Assembly (NCBI RefSeq): GCF_009914755.1
Contig: NC_060937.1
DNA: 64,000 nucleotides
From: the human T2T-CHM13v2.0 reference genome, Homo sapiens
Reading direction: 5' to 3' (one strand)
Shown: positions 1-13,289 of the stretch, piece after piece
Position numbering within the stretch: position 1 is the stretch's first letter
How the letters are laid out: every line of letters begins with the position of its first letter
Notes under the pieces: generated by a model
Told to the model about the DNA's origin: nothing
The model's input: the letters and a program-made list of their open reading frames with translations, nothing else
Databases searched by the model: none
Translations under genes and position numbers: made by a program

Positions 1-1668
1 ATTAATTGAAGGGTGTGATACTCAGTTTTTAAGCTACACTTTTGTTCACTTGACCTGGAACTCTTTTTCTCATATGCAGATCAAGTAAGGATTTAGGAGA
101 CAACCCATCTGTTTTAATTCTAATTACACCATGATTAAGTAGAAAATTCCATAGGCCTTTTTCTATTTGTCTGTAAGACTATTTTGGTTACTGTTTTGAC
201 TCCTCTGTCCATTACAGTAACCATTTTCTTGTCTTTGGTGATTAATTGCCATTATTTGACACCTGCTACCTCAATATCCAATATCCATATTGCCTTTAGA
301 AATCTCAGCTTGGTGGCAGTCATCCCTACTGTAATTTCTGACCTACAGAGAAGAATGACCACAAGGCTCTTGAAGAAAGCCAGCACTCCCTTCACAAATT
401 TATTTCCCACAGGTGTGGTAAAAGGCATATCCTCTGGACTGTCCCAGGGTGGGTGAGTAAGTCTTGCATGATAAATCCATTCTAACATTTTAATATCCCT
501 AAACCTTTAAATAACTTCCTCTACAGTATACAAAGGCAGTTCTGATATTCCAACTTTATTTACTGTACACCATTTTTGGTCTGCATTTTAGCTAACCAAC
601 CAAACTATTAGGACCCATTCTAACTCCTCAGGCTAAAATATTGAATCCAGAATCTTACCTTAGTTGGTCCATATCCATATATCAAGTTTGATACAACTTT
701 ATGTTTCTTCCCTCATTGTCTCACATATTTACTACCAACTCTTACACATATTCTTATTGGAATAGACAGAAAAATCATGCATTTCTTTGGTGTGTGGTGA
801 TTCGTTTTTCTTGTGAGCCACACTTGTATCTCACCTTCTGAGGCATACTGGGACTTGAGTCTAGTTATGGATCCAGAAGCAAAGAAGGGTGGTAAATGTA
901 TGTCCTGAGAATAATCAGCAGTGCCTTTCAAGAAAACTCCATAATAGAGGCCATTATAGTTTCTGCAGGAAATGGCAAGGTAACCTCCTCAAACAGGAGA
1001 GATGCTGCTTATACTAGCAAAGACTCAGCAAAATTTTGGGTTTTCCATGTTCCCAGCTTCCTAAACATTTTCCCCCATGTCCTCATTCTAGTTTTGAGGA
1101 TTACATTTCTTTCTAATCAAAGCCCTCATTTAAACAGTAGTCAACTCATAGGTTGGGAATTCAATTTGTATTCTAACCCTGCCTCTTGCAAGATAAGACT
1201 CTAGGTATGGTTTTCAGAGATTTCAATCCTGTGGCTATAGGAAAGAAGGGTTTCTTTCGGGGCAGACCTAGAAACTTTTAGGTAATTTATGTGGAGCTAG
1301 ACACTGAGCTCATCCAATTATTCCTCTACTTTCTCCAGTGCAGTTATGAGCACCCAATCTATCTCATTATATACTTTAGTTTGACTAAAATGTTCCAAGG
1401 TACAAATATATGTCACTCAAATTTTATGAACTACAAATACATGTCATTCAAAACTTTTCCTTTTATGGATATTTGGTTAGGAATATCCAATGATGGTGAA
1501 ATTTTGCACATATCTATTGCCACATTATGCCATGCACTGTCACTGGAAATGAAGTCATTAGTGCTTTAAGTCTAGTCACACTAGAGAACAAATCCAGAAA
1601 ACATAGAACCAATTCAGAAAAATCGTGTAAGATTCTATTCCTCTGGAACAATTCTTGGTATCAACATC
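1..1668 (-). mobile_element. ERVL (HERVL/ERVL-E-like) internal region: leader and decayed gag
   Basis: ORF 252-488(-) MLEWIYHARLTHPPWDSPEDMPFT..NKFVKG..KSLV..LLCRSEITVG resembles ERVL gag. 1632-1668 is the reverse complement of the ERVL internal start (gattttggtaccaggagtggttctagaggaacagaat-like). Confidence 0.85.
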
Positions 1669-1765
1669 TGTATCAGGCAAGGTTCCAATGGGGAAATAAA
1701 AACAGTAGGATATATATGCATGTGTGTGTGGAGAGAGAGAGAAAGAGAAAGAGAGAGAGAGAGAG
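1669..1765 (-). mobile_element. MLT2-type LTR, 3' end only; truncated at a (GA)n tract
   Basis: tgtatcaggcaaggttcc..aaacagtaggatatatat followed by TG/GA repeats directly abuts the ERVL internal start. This matches the reverse-complemented MLT2 3' end. Confidence 0.7.
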
Positions 1766-2088
1766 AGACATATTTAGCAGGCACAAACAGTAATAAAATT
1801 AAACTCCAGGAAGCTTAAATGATGAATATCTTCTTAACCATGACAATCAGAAGTAAAGAGGAAAAAAAAATTTAATATAAACATGTGTTTTTGTGTTTGC
1901 GTACATATATAGTATACATATGTACATATACATATTGTATATATTATGTACAATTTTATTTACATATATAGTTTTCTAAAGAAGAAGCTTATATGAAAAT
2001 CAATAACCAAATCTTTTAGTTAAAATATGTGACAGATGTATGACTAATATCTAAATTATATGAAAAATTTTTAAATATTGACTAAAAA
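1766..2088 (+). repeat. Local direct duplication A, copy 1 (derived copy)
   Basis: Aligns by eye to 2783-3146 with about 5 substitutions, deletions of 18, 21 and 3 bp, and one extra T. Confidence 0.97.
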
Positions 2089-2782
2089 TTATTTGTCTAA
2101 GTGATATTTTAGTAGATTTATGTACAGAATTGTGTGTAAAAGCAAATATTTTCAAAAGCATCTGAAATTAAGATTATTAGTGATATCAATTTTATAACTG
2201 GAAAACCTAACCATTTTAGTATGAAATACTATTTTCAGGGAGAAGAAGAAAGTAAGAGAAATTTTTTAACATATCTATGAAATATATATGCTTTTAGGAA
2301 ATCTTAAAAGTTGAGTTTTTTTTTTTGTTTAGTTTTTGGAAATCCCCATTTACAGTTTTCCATCCTCTAAATCCACACTGTACTCTTCTTATTCCTCTGG
2401 CATCTTTTGTAAGGATAATTTAATTCCATTTTTACGTAAAATCTCAGATATAAATCTTTCCTAATCTGCCCAGTGCGAAAATGAATACATTTCTCTCCTC
2501 TACACTGCTTTTACCCATGAAATTTGCCACAATCTCACTTGTACTAGCATATTTTCAGGTATTTTTATTCAAATGAATTGCATGTTCTTCTGTAGAGATT
2601 AGCAATGCTTATATTTTGTAATAAGAAGCAATAGCATACCATCTAATTCAGCATCTAATACAGCTGAGATCTGTGGATGTCTGTGAAGTCACTTCAGGAG
2701 CAGTATTTAACAAATCTAGCCTTTAGACCATGTATTATTTCAGTATTATTGCAGTGATAATTTCATATTTACACTTTTCAAA

Positions 2783-3146
2783 AGACATATTTAGCAGGCA
2801 CAAACAGTAATAAAATTAAACTCCAGGAAGCTTAAATGATATCTAACCCTAAGATGATGAATATCTTCTTAACCATGACAATCAGAAGTAAAGAGGAAAA
2901 AAAAATTAATATAAACATGTGTTTTTGTGTTTGTGTACATATATAGTATACATATGTACATATGCAGTATACATGTGTATATATACATATTGTATATGAT
3001 ATATACAATTTTATTTACATATATAGTTTTCTAAAGAAGAAGCTTATATAAAAATCAATAACCAAATCTTTTAGTTAAAATATAATGTGACAGATGTATG
3101 ACTAATATCTAAATTATATGAAAAATTTTTAAATATTGACTAAAAA
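2783..3146 (+). repeat. Local direct duplication A, copy 2 (probable donor)
   Basis: Same sequence as 1766-2088 but longer; it runs on into an old L1 fragment. Confidence 0.97.
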
Positions 3147-3610
3147 AAAACTCCAAAAGAAAAATATATAGAAAATTCATTGAACATCAAATTCAAATTT
3201 CTAATGTAAAAGGTGTCCAAGGTCACAAAGGGTATTCAAGGTCACAAAATACTCATAGAAATAAAATAACAATGAGGCATCGGTCACATCCGAAAGGGCA
3301 GGAAAAGTTAAGATAGAAAAATATGACTATCAGTGACTTTCGGAATGCAGGATCATGGACACTCTTACTATTGATGGAGGACTCTTAAATTGTTGTACTT
3401 TTGCAAAAGTAATTTGGCAGCATCTCTTAAAACTAATTTTAAAAGTACACATATATTTATATAGCACAAATCCATTAATAGTCATTCATACAAACCCAAA
3501 GACTAGGATGTAAGTATATATATTCAATGATATTTCATATGCATTTTTGATAATGGTAAAAAATAAGTCAATGGAAAAAAATGAATGAGTGACTCTACCG
3601 AGGTACAACC
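3080..3610 (+). mobile_element. Ancient L1 (L1ME-like) ORF2 3' fragment
   Basis: Degenerate motifs: aaaataacaatgaggcatc, ggacactcttactattgatgg, aaagtaatttggcagcatctcttaaaa. Confidence 0.55.
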
Positions 3611-6600
3611 ACTTTATGAACTGTAGCTCTTACATTCAAGGTCTAATTTGATTCGTTGGGGTTTTGTAAGGTAGGAATGAGTGACAAAAACAAGATGAGA
3701 AGTGTCTAACCCCATGTTGATAATATTGCTGTAAAGCTAACACTGATGAAATCTGTGTGTATGTGTGTGTGTTGTGTGTGTGTGTGATGAAAACATAAGA
3801 CCATCTGTGAATTGTATGTATGAAGTGTTTATGATATAGGCAGTAAGGGGCTTCCACAATCAGAGAAGCTGCCGCTTGATGACTTTTTCAACCTGAATCA
3901 TGAAGGTAGTGGTCCACAAAAGCTCAGGAAAAAGCAGCTGTGCAGTTTATGTCTTTCCACAGTCCCTTCTACACCTGCAGCAAAAGAATAAATGGCCCCT
4001 AAGAGCTTTTCTTCAATCTTCCAAATATGATGCCGGGGCATCGCATTGGCAGTTTCTCATCTAGAAATTATATGATAAATGTTGATCTCAGCTTCTCATC
4101 TGGAATCAGCTGTAACGTGTATAGAGCATGGGAGGATAAACACCATACCTATAGGGGATGGAGTAGGTGGCAATGGTGAATAAATGGTGAGTCAAAAAAA
4201 GAGGAAAAGGAGACAGATTAATATGAGGAGAGAAATGTTTGCTTTAAAATATACAGTGCATAGTTTCATAGTTTAATCCCATTTACCTAAACTTTTATGT
4301 GTGTGTTGTGTATACAAACACAAGCACATATACAGACTATATGTGTGTTTAGGGATGCATGTTGTTATCTAGTGTATTTCTAGTGTATTTTTTAATAAAG
4401 AGGCATTCAAGTATTAATATGAAGTATATATTGTCCAGTGAAGCAAATGAATTTCAGACTACTGTCTAGATTAATTCTATTTTGCAAAAACAAAGATGTG
4501 TATGCTGTGGCTATATAAACACATATATGTAACAGAGGAGAGAAATGGAGATGTACTAAGGTATAAATCTTGTAAGCATACCTGCAATAAAAATTATGAT
4601 TTTAGGGTACTATTTTAATGTCAATATTTCTCATCCCCAATAAAAGAGAATATTATATATCTACCCTTAGATTTTTAGATATGTGTTTTAATCATCTGTA
4701 ATATAATAAGCATTATTATTAAATATCAAAAGAAACTATAAATCTTACAGTTTATAAACATATGTATCATAATACAAAGGTTCTGGCCATATCAATTTCT
4801 TTCCTTAATTAAGTTCTTATTAAGTGCTAGGCACCATGGCTTTGAGAACATAAGCTCATTTTTACTGAGAAGAATTCTGTTATAGATCAATCTAAAATTT
4901 TATCCAAGATGACTATCTGATACCTGAGAATGAAAAGAAAGATGAATTTCACAAACAGCTATGTCTGGCTTATTTTGATTTGAGAATTGATGATGGAATA
5001 TCCAGTTAAAATATCCGGCTAAACAGATGAAGACTAAGCAGCTAAGCCAAATTTCTTTAAGTGCTATTACTATATCCCCAAAAGAAATGTGACTGAGCCC
5101 ACTTATGGTAGCCATTACTGTTCAGTCCAGTTTCAGAGACACAGTGATTTAATAGATGATGCTTCCTCAATTAAACCAGTTCTGGTATCGTATTCATGAA
5201 TATGTTTTATTCATCTGAGAGCATTAAAAATAAAATAACCTCAAGTAAACAAAGTAATATTGATATTGCATTGAATACAGTTGTGGATCTGTAATGATAA
5301 CCTATTTTTATCTATTAGATGCACGTTTTGGTACATATTCATGTACATTATTTAAAAGATATATGCATGCTTTCAAATAGGTTATAAATAAATTTTTTTT
5401 ATTGTCATAACAGTAATCAATGTCACTTTAGGTCAGACATTCATATATGTGGGGGTAGGTATGTATGTCTGTGTGCATACCTCTGTGCATGTGTGGTATA
5501 AATCCATTTATTTTTACGTATTATACATTAATATAATTTCTAAAATAACCAAGAAATACAATTTTTACATTATTGAAATTTTACAAAAATTGGTGCTGTA
5601 TAAAGTTGGAATAGAGATAGTCTCTAAGTTGTTTGTAATCTTAATTATAATGTATCAGAAACTTGAACTATGTTATTTTTATTATTTTTATGTACATGCT
5701 GAAATCTGTTACAAAGTTTGCCTAAAATAAAAAGTAATAATTAGTTATTACATTTTATCCAAAATGAATAAAATTGATAAATTTAAGGAATATAATATTG
5801 AGAACAAAATTTGAAAAAACATTAAAAAAATTCAAGCTGTTTACATGTTTATGGGGGGAAAAAAGAAAGGAAATCAACAGACTAACTGTGACCACAACCC
5901 TAAAACCAGGTGAAAGAACTCTTGTATTTTGGTTGTTGATTAAAATTACTATAAATGTTTTTAAGGTGCAAATCTTTTATGTATAAAATGAAGATTCAGT
6001 TAAAATATCTAGATAAGGTGCTTCATGCATGGCAGTTAGAATAGTGCTTATCTCAATATTTTTATGGTAATTTGAGTTCAGATAGAGTTCAAAAGAAAAT
6101 GATTTACGCTTATGAAAGGATATTTGCCTTGGAAAGATTTTAAATAAGTTTTCTAGCTTGGGGAAATGCTGTTTATTAGATTAATGGTGAGTTTTCTGAC
6201 ACTGAGTAAGCAAGCAAGGTGGACATTTACTTTTCTGGTTGACATTTTAAAAAATGATAGTCCCTTGTGAAAATACTGAAACCAAGATATAAACCATTCA
6301 TGTTCTTTTGTATAGTTTTTCATTACTGTCACCTGCTCTCCCTCCTTTTTTCTGTTTCCCTAGATCTCAAAATACTACCAGTGTTCATGGTTTATTAATA
6401 ATTCTTATGTTATTGTAAAAGTTTTAAAATGAATTCAGTCATTCATGTGCACATTACTTTATTGCACATTGATTAACATTTCGAAGTTGGCTTGATCTTC
6501 TGACATGATCTGAGAGCTGGAGTGTAGATACTGAATACAGCCACAAAGAAAACTTTCTTAGAAATAGAAGCCTCATGCTGGCATTGTTGATCTACTTCAA

Positions 6601-6888
6601 AATAAAAAGGTGGATTTTTGAAAAAGCCAAGAAAAATACTTCTCCTTACATACTAATACTGTGGGAGAAATCAAGACATCAGTCCAGGAAATAGACTTAC
6701 AAAACTGGCTACTCATGAACAATTGACTATTATTATTATTATTTTCAGTGAAATTAGATTAGAATATTTTCTAGGCAACATCTCTAACACACATAAAGTC
6801 ATTGCTCCACACTGGAATAATGTCTGAGTAAATACATCTTCATAAAAAACAACTATACACTGATTTTGGTAAAATGCACACATAAATA

Positions 6889-6910
6889 CACACACACACA
6901 CACACACACA
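6889..6910. repeat. (CA)n microsatellite
   Basis: Direct reading. Confidence 0.9.
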
Positions 6911-6930
6911 GAGATATATACATACGCACA

Positions 6931-8017
6931 CAGTTGATCATTGAACAGCTTGGGAGTTAGGGAAGCCAACGCCCTGTGTATTTGAAAATCTGCGTATAAT
7001 TTTTGACTTCTTTAAACTTAGCTACTAATGGCTTACTGTTGACTTGAAACCTTATGGATAACATAAACATTCAACAGTATTTTGTACGTTATATGTATTA
7101 TACATTGTATTCTTACAATTAAGTAAACTATAGAAAAGAAAATGTTATTAAGAAAAACATAAGAAAGAGATAATACATTTACAGTACTGCACTGTATTTG
7201 TTGATACCGTAAGTTTACATTATCTCTTTATGAGACTGTTTGAAATGACAGGCAACCACACGCTGCAAACATCAGTCTATGGTACAAACCAAGCAATTCA
7301 ACTTTTCTTGTAATGTCACGACTTTTCTCTGCTTTTTGGGAGCACTTCCAGCATCACTAGTAGTACTTTGTAAGGGTTTCATGGTGTTATTCAAGGTATA
7401 CGGTATTGTAATGAACAGGATGAAAAATATACCAGAAATAGGAGAGATTTTTTTTTTTACAGCAATATACAATTTACTGGAGAGATGAGCTGCTCATATG
7501 AAGAAGATTAGTGGCATAAGGCGTTTTAAGTGAATAGTCAAAAAACTTGAACTCACTGCAATAGCAATGGGTGGTAGCTTTGAAATTATTACAGAAGAGT
7601 ATTTACTTAGTTAATTTTGCACAGTTATGATCTAATAATCCATCTTTATATTCATTTACATTTCTCTGGACTGTGAATGACACCATGTAGGATCTATAAG
7701 TGTTTAGTAAGTTTTGATTAATATTTTTAGTGCTAACTAAGTATAAGTTTTAATTAATTTTAACTTTGTATAGTAGATTTGTGATATTTTATGTTAGTAA
7801 ATGATGAAATAGAGTAGTATCTGCATATGTTTTATAAGTTCATAACATACCTAGCTTTTTCTTAAATTTTCATTAATTCTAGACTACGTGGCTCATCTGT
7901 GAGTTTTTTTCAAATTGTCACAAATCTCTAAAAATTTTTTCCAATATATTTATTTTTAGAAACTGACATATTAATAGACCCATTCAGCTCCAACCTGTGC
8001 TGTTGGAAGGTAAACTA
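6931..8017 (-). mobile_element. Tigger2-family internally deleted DNA transposon (Tigger2b-like, about 1.09 kb)
   Basis: TIR-like ends cagttgatcattgaaca and tgttggaaggtaaacta. ORF 7272-7472(-) contains QSTTSDAGSAPKKQRKVVTLQEK, the Tigger2 transposase N-terminus. Confidence 0.88.
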
Positions 8018-8974
8018 TATGTGTGTGTGTGTGAGTCTATATATATATTTATATTTATATAATTTTATGAAGAAGAGGTGACAAAAATCTGTATCCCTAT
8101 CAAAAAGAGATGGAGACATTTCAGCATGAAATTTGTAAAACTATAAATATTTTCATATACATATTCCAGCATCTTCTTCTGTATTACTGTCAGAACATCA
8201 CAGTCTTTTTTGATAATAAGTAACTTCTTTCACCGGACATTTCATCTCTTGCTTCTATCCCAATATCTCCTTAGCTTCTGCCTTCCTTTTCTCTCTAACA
8301 CATTCTAATATAAAACAGGCAAATTGTGTGAAATAAGGCCAATGGGGTATGCATTTTTCAGTGATCTTATTTGCAATCCAGGCTGCAGAGTTGAGTGATT
8401 CTTTCACATCCTCCAGTAGCATGAGTCACACTTTTATAACTGACATAAAATTTGAATCTACTAAACAGGCCACAGTGAATGCTTATGGAGGGAAGAGACA
8501 AATGGAGAAAGTTAAGAAATAAGGGAGTCAATTACTTGACATTTTGGTCATAGATTTGGAATCCATATACCCAATATAGAGCCATAAGTAATTTTTATAT
8601 TAATATTAAATATTCTCACTCTATATTTCACAGTTCCAAATTAGCAGACAACACGATGCAATAAATTCTGCCCATAAAGGTATAACAATATGTCTTTTCC
8701 CAATTTTAGCTATAAATACTAAATGCTTGGCTAATTTTATAAGCTTAAAGCACATTGGTGTAATATTTTATAATTTTTTCCTTTTTTGCCTTCCAAAATG
8801 CAACAACAAAATACTGCAGCACATCTCAAATGCTATCCTTTCTTACTTCAATTTGATTTAATGTTACCATTCTCATTTCTAGTACAATAGAAAAGTATTA
8901 ATTAAAGTGTCTTCAAGTTTCAAAATTCAAACACAAAATATAAATGTAAAAATAAAGAATTACCAGAAAACTTT

Positions 8975-9480
8975 ATGGGGAAAAGTATATCAATAACTGG
9001 AAAAAATGTAGATCCCCACTTTATTACTTACATTTAGAATAGACCCACATCCCCATAAATATATATACCTCCTATGTACACATAAAAATTAAAAAGTAAA
9101 AAGTAAAGTAAAATAAAATAGATCCAAATGGATACAAGCTTTAACATAACCAATCAAAAACTTTCTGGAAGAAAAATTATGAGTATTAAACAATAATAAT
9201 TTTGAGGAGGGGAGAGCCTTTCCAAATTAGTCATAAAACCCATAAGCCATTAAAGAAAAAAAAGTGATACATTTGACTCAATTATATTTTTACAAATAGA
9301 AAAAAAAAACCAAACATATAACATTAAAATGTAAAAGACAAACTAAAAATACATTCACAATACATGTGACTAATGAAAATCTATTTCCTTCATATATAAA
9401 AAAGTTTTGCAAAACAGCAAGCAAAAGAGATATGCAAGAAAACAGTGAATAATTGGCTACAGACCTGATTAAATGCAAAC
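8975..9480 (+). mobile_element. Ancient L1M ORF2 3' fragment
   Basis: tagatccccacttt, tccaaatggata, ctggaagaaaaa, aagccattaaagaaaaaaaagtgatacatttgact. Confidence 0.65.
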
Positions 9481-10142
9481 TACAGAAGTTTCAGTTTATT
9501 AATACAGAATGAATAAAAATTTCTTCTTTATTATATGTTAATATCCAATTACATTAGATACTATTCACTTTTATACATTTATAAGTTAATTTTTTTCATA
9601 TTATGCCAATGTCTCTCTGTGTGTACTGAATGAAGTAATTCATTCATTCCTTCATTCAGTACACATTAATGGAGCATCCAAGTGCACAAGACACTCTACT
9701 GGCTATTGAGTATACTGCAGTAAATACAACACAATTTCTTTTCTTGAAAGCTGACATTTTAAATAGGAGAGAGAGAAGCAAAACTAACAGACAAACAAAT
9801 GCACAATAAAACACCAGAGAGAGATAAGTGCTTTAGAATATAGTCTCACTATTTCACAATATTCAGAATATTGTTCACTATAATGTGAAACGTTTTATTA
9901 TAAAATATCTGAGAAAACCACTTTCCAGATATTTCCAACTACTTGCTTGGAAAACAGCAAGCAGAAAGTCTCTAAATTGAATGTTCATTTGGTAAATTGG
10001 AAGAAAAACAAAGATGTAGGCTACACTGAAAGGGAATAAGTGAAGAAAATAGGATAGAAAATGACAATAGATAGGGCCCTAGAGGCAAATCCTGTAGGAA
10101 CACAAGAGATTATTTTTTAGCTTGTCAATAAGTGATGAAATG

Positions 10143-10948
10143 CATTGGCCATCAGAGACATGCAAATCAAAACCACAATGAGATACCATCTCACACCAGT
10201 TAGAATGGCAATCATTAAAAAGTCAGGAAACAACAGGTGCTGGAGAGGATGTAGAGAAATAGGAACACTTTTACTCTGTTGGTGGGACTGTAAACTAGTT
10301 CAACCATTCTGGAAGACAGTGTGGCAATTCCTCAAGGATCTAGAACTAGAAATACCATTTGACCCAGCCATCCCATTACTGGGTATACACCCACAGGATT
10401 ATAAATCATGCTGCTATAAAGACACATGCACACATATGTTTATTGTGACACTATTCACAATAGCAAAGACTTGGAACCAACCCAAATGTCCATCAGTGAT
10501 AGACTGGATTAAGAAAATGTGGCACATATACACCATGGAATACTATGCAGCCATAATAAAGGATGAGTTCATGTCCTTTGTAGGGATATGGATGAAGCTG
10601 GAAACCATCATTCTGAGCAAACTATGGCAAGGACAGAAAAACAAACACCGCATGTTCTGTCTCATAGGTGGGAATTGAACAATGAGAACACTTGGACACA
10701 GGATGAGGAACATCGCAGACCAGGTCGTGTTGTGGGGTGGGTGGAGCGGGGAGGGATAGCATTAGGAGATATGCCTAATGTAAATGATGAGTTAATGGGT
10801 GCAGCACACCAACATGGCACATGTATACATATGTAACAAACCTGCACGTTGTGCACACGTACCCTAGAACTTAAAAGTATAATAAAAAAATAAATAAATT
10901 GATTAATTAAAAAATTAAAATAAATAAATAAATAAATAAATAAATAAA
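10143..10948 (+). mobile_element. 5'-truncated L1PA (about L1PA4-6) with (AAAT)n tail
   Basis: Typical L1PA 3' UTR. TSD tgatgaaatg at 10133-10142 and 10949-10958. Confidence 0.95.
10145..10678 (+). pseudogene. L1 ORF2p C-terminal Cys-rich region fragment
   Basis: [59 protein letters not shown]; part of the truncated L1. Confidence 0.92.
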
Positions 10949-10960
10949 TGATGAAATGAA

Positions 10961-11026
10961 GTGTGTGTGTGTGTGTGTGTGTGTGACAGGGTGGGGTGGG
11001 GGGGGAGAGAGAGAGAGAGAGAGAGA
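10961..11026. repeat. Compound (TG)n / G-tract / (GA)n simple repeat
   Basis: Direct reading. Confidence 0.9.
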
Positions 11027-12779
11027 ATGAGTTAAATGTTACTCCAAGCACCATGGAACAATGATGTGAATTGCGGGTTAAAGTTCTTAGTAAGATATAC
11101 AATGAAAGAGATGGAAAGGGCTTATGAAGAATAATAAAAAGTTTGACTGTAAACTAATTGATGTTTAATTGTTGGCATGTGAGCAGTGAATAAATACAAG
11201 ATTTGGTGAGAACCAGTGTAACTGTGGTAGTCAATCACACTCAATTAGCACATTAAGAGTGCTCAGAGCATGGAACTGCAAGAGATCATATAGAGAATAG
11301 TGAAGTCCTAAAAGTACAGTCCTGAGTCGCTGAAATATTCAGAGGCAGTGAGTTTTTAAAAAAGTAATAAAATTAACTGAGAAGGAGTGCCTAGTGAGGG
11401 AGCAGGTGAACCGGCAGTGCAGAGTGTCACAGCAGCCATGTGGAAGGGGGTGATCACCTCTCTCAGTACTGCTGTGTTTTAGTCTATAATATTTATAATT
11501 AATACTAATCAAATTAATTATAACAAAAAGTTTACTATGGACTTTTTTCCTAACATCCTTCAGATAACTATGTATGCAAATATTTTAATCTTCAGAGAAA
11601 ACTTGATTTTTCTAGAGTTTACAACAACTAGTAAAGCTGGAGATGTTTCTGCCAGTTGGGTTTTATAATTCTTATTTAATTGAATGGATGTTTAAAATAT
11701 GTTACCTAGTTTAAAAAACGCTTTTGATAATAATTCAAAACCTAATACATTTAGTTAAAATTGCTCGTTATCATCAGGTCTGATTCATGTACAACCAAGA
11801 AAACTTTTGCATACTTTGCAAATTTTATATTTCATTGTTTTCAGTTTGATAATTTTGCTTTTGAAAACTATATTTTCATCACTGTTTTTCTTTTATTAAT
11901 TTTTAATAAGTAAAATATTATTTGAATATAATAAAATAATATATTACTCTAAAGAGAAACTGATTAAAAACTGTACTTAGTAATAGAAAATAAAACTAAA
12001 AATAATAAACTCACACCGTTGTACACTGATCTTTAAGTCTGACAAGTTTATACTATTGTTAGCTATGATGAGTCATATGCTTTCAAAGTGCTGTGAAATA
12101 TTTCATCCTAGAATGACCCTTGACATAATGTAGCAATTAATATTTTGGAAATTCACTACTGATTGTTAGATCTATATAGAACAATATTTTTCTCATGATT
12201 TCATATCAGCCTCACTTTCTTAACAACCTATAGAGCTAATTATAAATTATCAATGAAAATAATGTTTATTTTTCTTTAAAACTTGACAATGTGATATGTA
12301 ATATTATGAGACAACTATTTACCTTTTAATATTAAGATATATCGAACTGAGGCAGCCTACAGTGCTTCCAAACACAGAGTTTAAAGACTGACAATTTGTT
12401 ATGGAATAATTTGGCAAAATGAACATAAAAACAAACAGCAAAACCATGAATGCTGAAATTAAGAGTGAATGTCATCAAATCTCATTTAATTTTCCTCATA
12501 AACAAAAAAAATTGATCAATCTTTGACTGATGAGGAGCCAAGTATTTCTCTCTTGGAACTCTGTATTGTCTCGTTCAATAGTTCAAAATCACTGCATGCT
12601 TAATGTGTTGTTAAGTAGTGGGTAAGTACAAATAATACAACCTGGCTGCTCCTTGCTACTGCTCCCTACCAGTGCTACAAAAGAGTGGCCACAAAAGTTA
12701 TTGGCACATGCTGGGGTGTGCTGTTACTGAATACAGCATAGACTTACCAGGGGATTTCAAAAGAAATTGAGGAATCACA

Positions 12780-12900
12780 CTCAAATGTCAGCATGACAAT
12801 AGGAAGCATGCTTGGATTTCAAAGACAACTTACTATCCTTCACCACTTCCAGTTGGGTGCATACCATTTAATAAGGCATGGACAAGCTTAGAACTATTTT
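12780..12900 (+). mobile_element. Possible L3/CR1 fragment
   Basis: cagttgggtgcataccatttaataaggcatggacaagcttagaa resembles the CR1 ORF2 QFWAPHFK.D.DKLE motif. Confidence 0.3.
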
Positions 12901-13289
12901 TTCTTACTAAAGTATCCCAAAACAACCAGCTAAAAATAGTCTATATGCTAGAAAGGCATATTTGGCAACTAACTTGGCTACATTAGAGGCTTTCCCGTCG
13001 TTTATTTATTTACTTTTTAAAACTACATTACTGAATGTGGGGTGGAGCTCATTAACAGAAAGTGCAGATAAAACATTTAAGTGCCTGAACTCAGCATAGA
13101 TACAACAGGATGTTTTACAAATAGTACTTCTAATCTTGCGTTAAAGTCGTAAACTGGTTCATTCTTTTTCTGTTTAAAAGATTGAATACCAGCCTAGTCA
13201 GGTTATATTTTGAAGGAAATATTTTGGCAAGGGATAGATTTCTAAGCTATGGCTTGCTATTTTCCTAGTTTTTTTTTTTTTTCAGTCCA

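Larger units (their letters stand above)
9637..11475 (-). mobile_element. L2 3' region, fragmented and interrupted by L1PA
   Basis: ttcattcattccttcattca is the reverse complement of the L2 tail. L2-like sequence recurs at about 10000-10140 and 11030-11475. Confidence 0.6.

Noticed and set aside
252-488. ERVL gag ORF as a domesticated Fv1-like gene
   Set aside because: Only 78 codons are open and the flanking gag sequence is disrupted.
10145-10678. Longest ORF (177 aa) as a host gene
   Set aside because: It is the L1 ORF2p C-terminus of a young 5'-truncated L1 and starts at TTG; an open frame is expected from the element's age.
10662-11102. 146-aa minus-strand ORF
   Set aside because: Antisense L1 3' UTR plus microsatellites; low-complexity translation.
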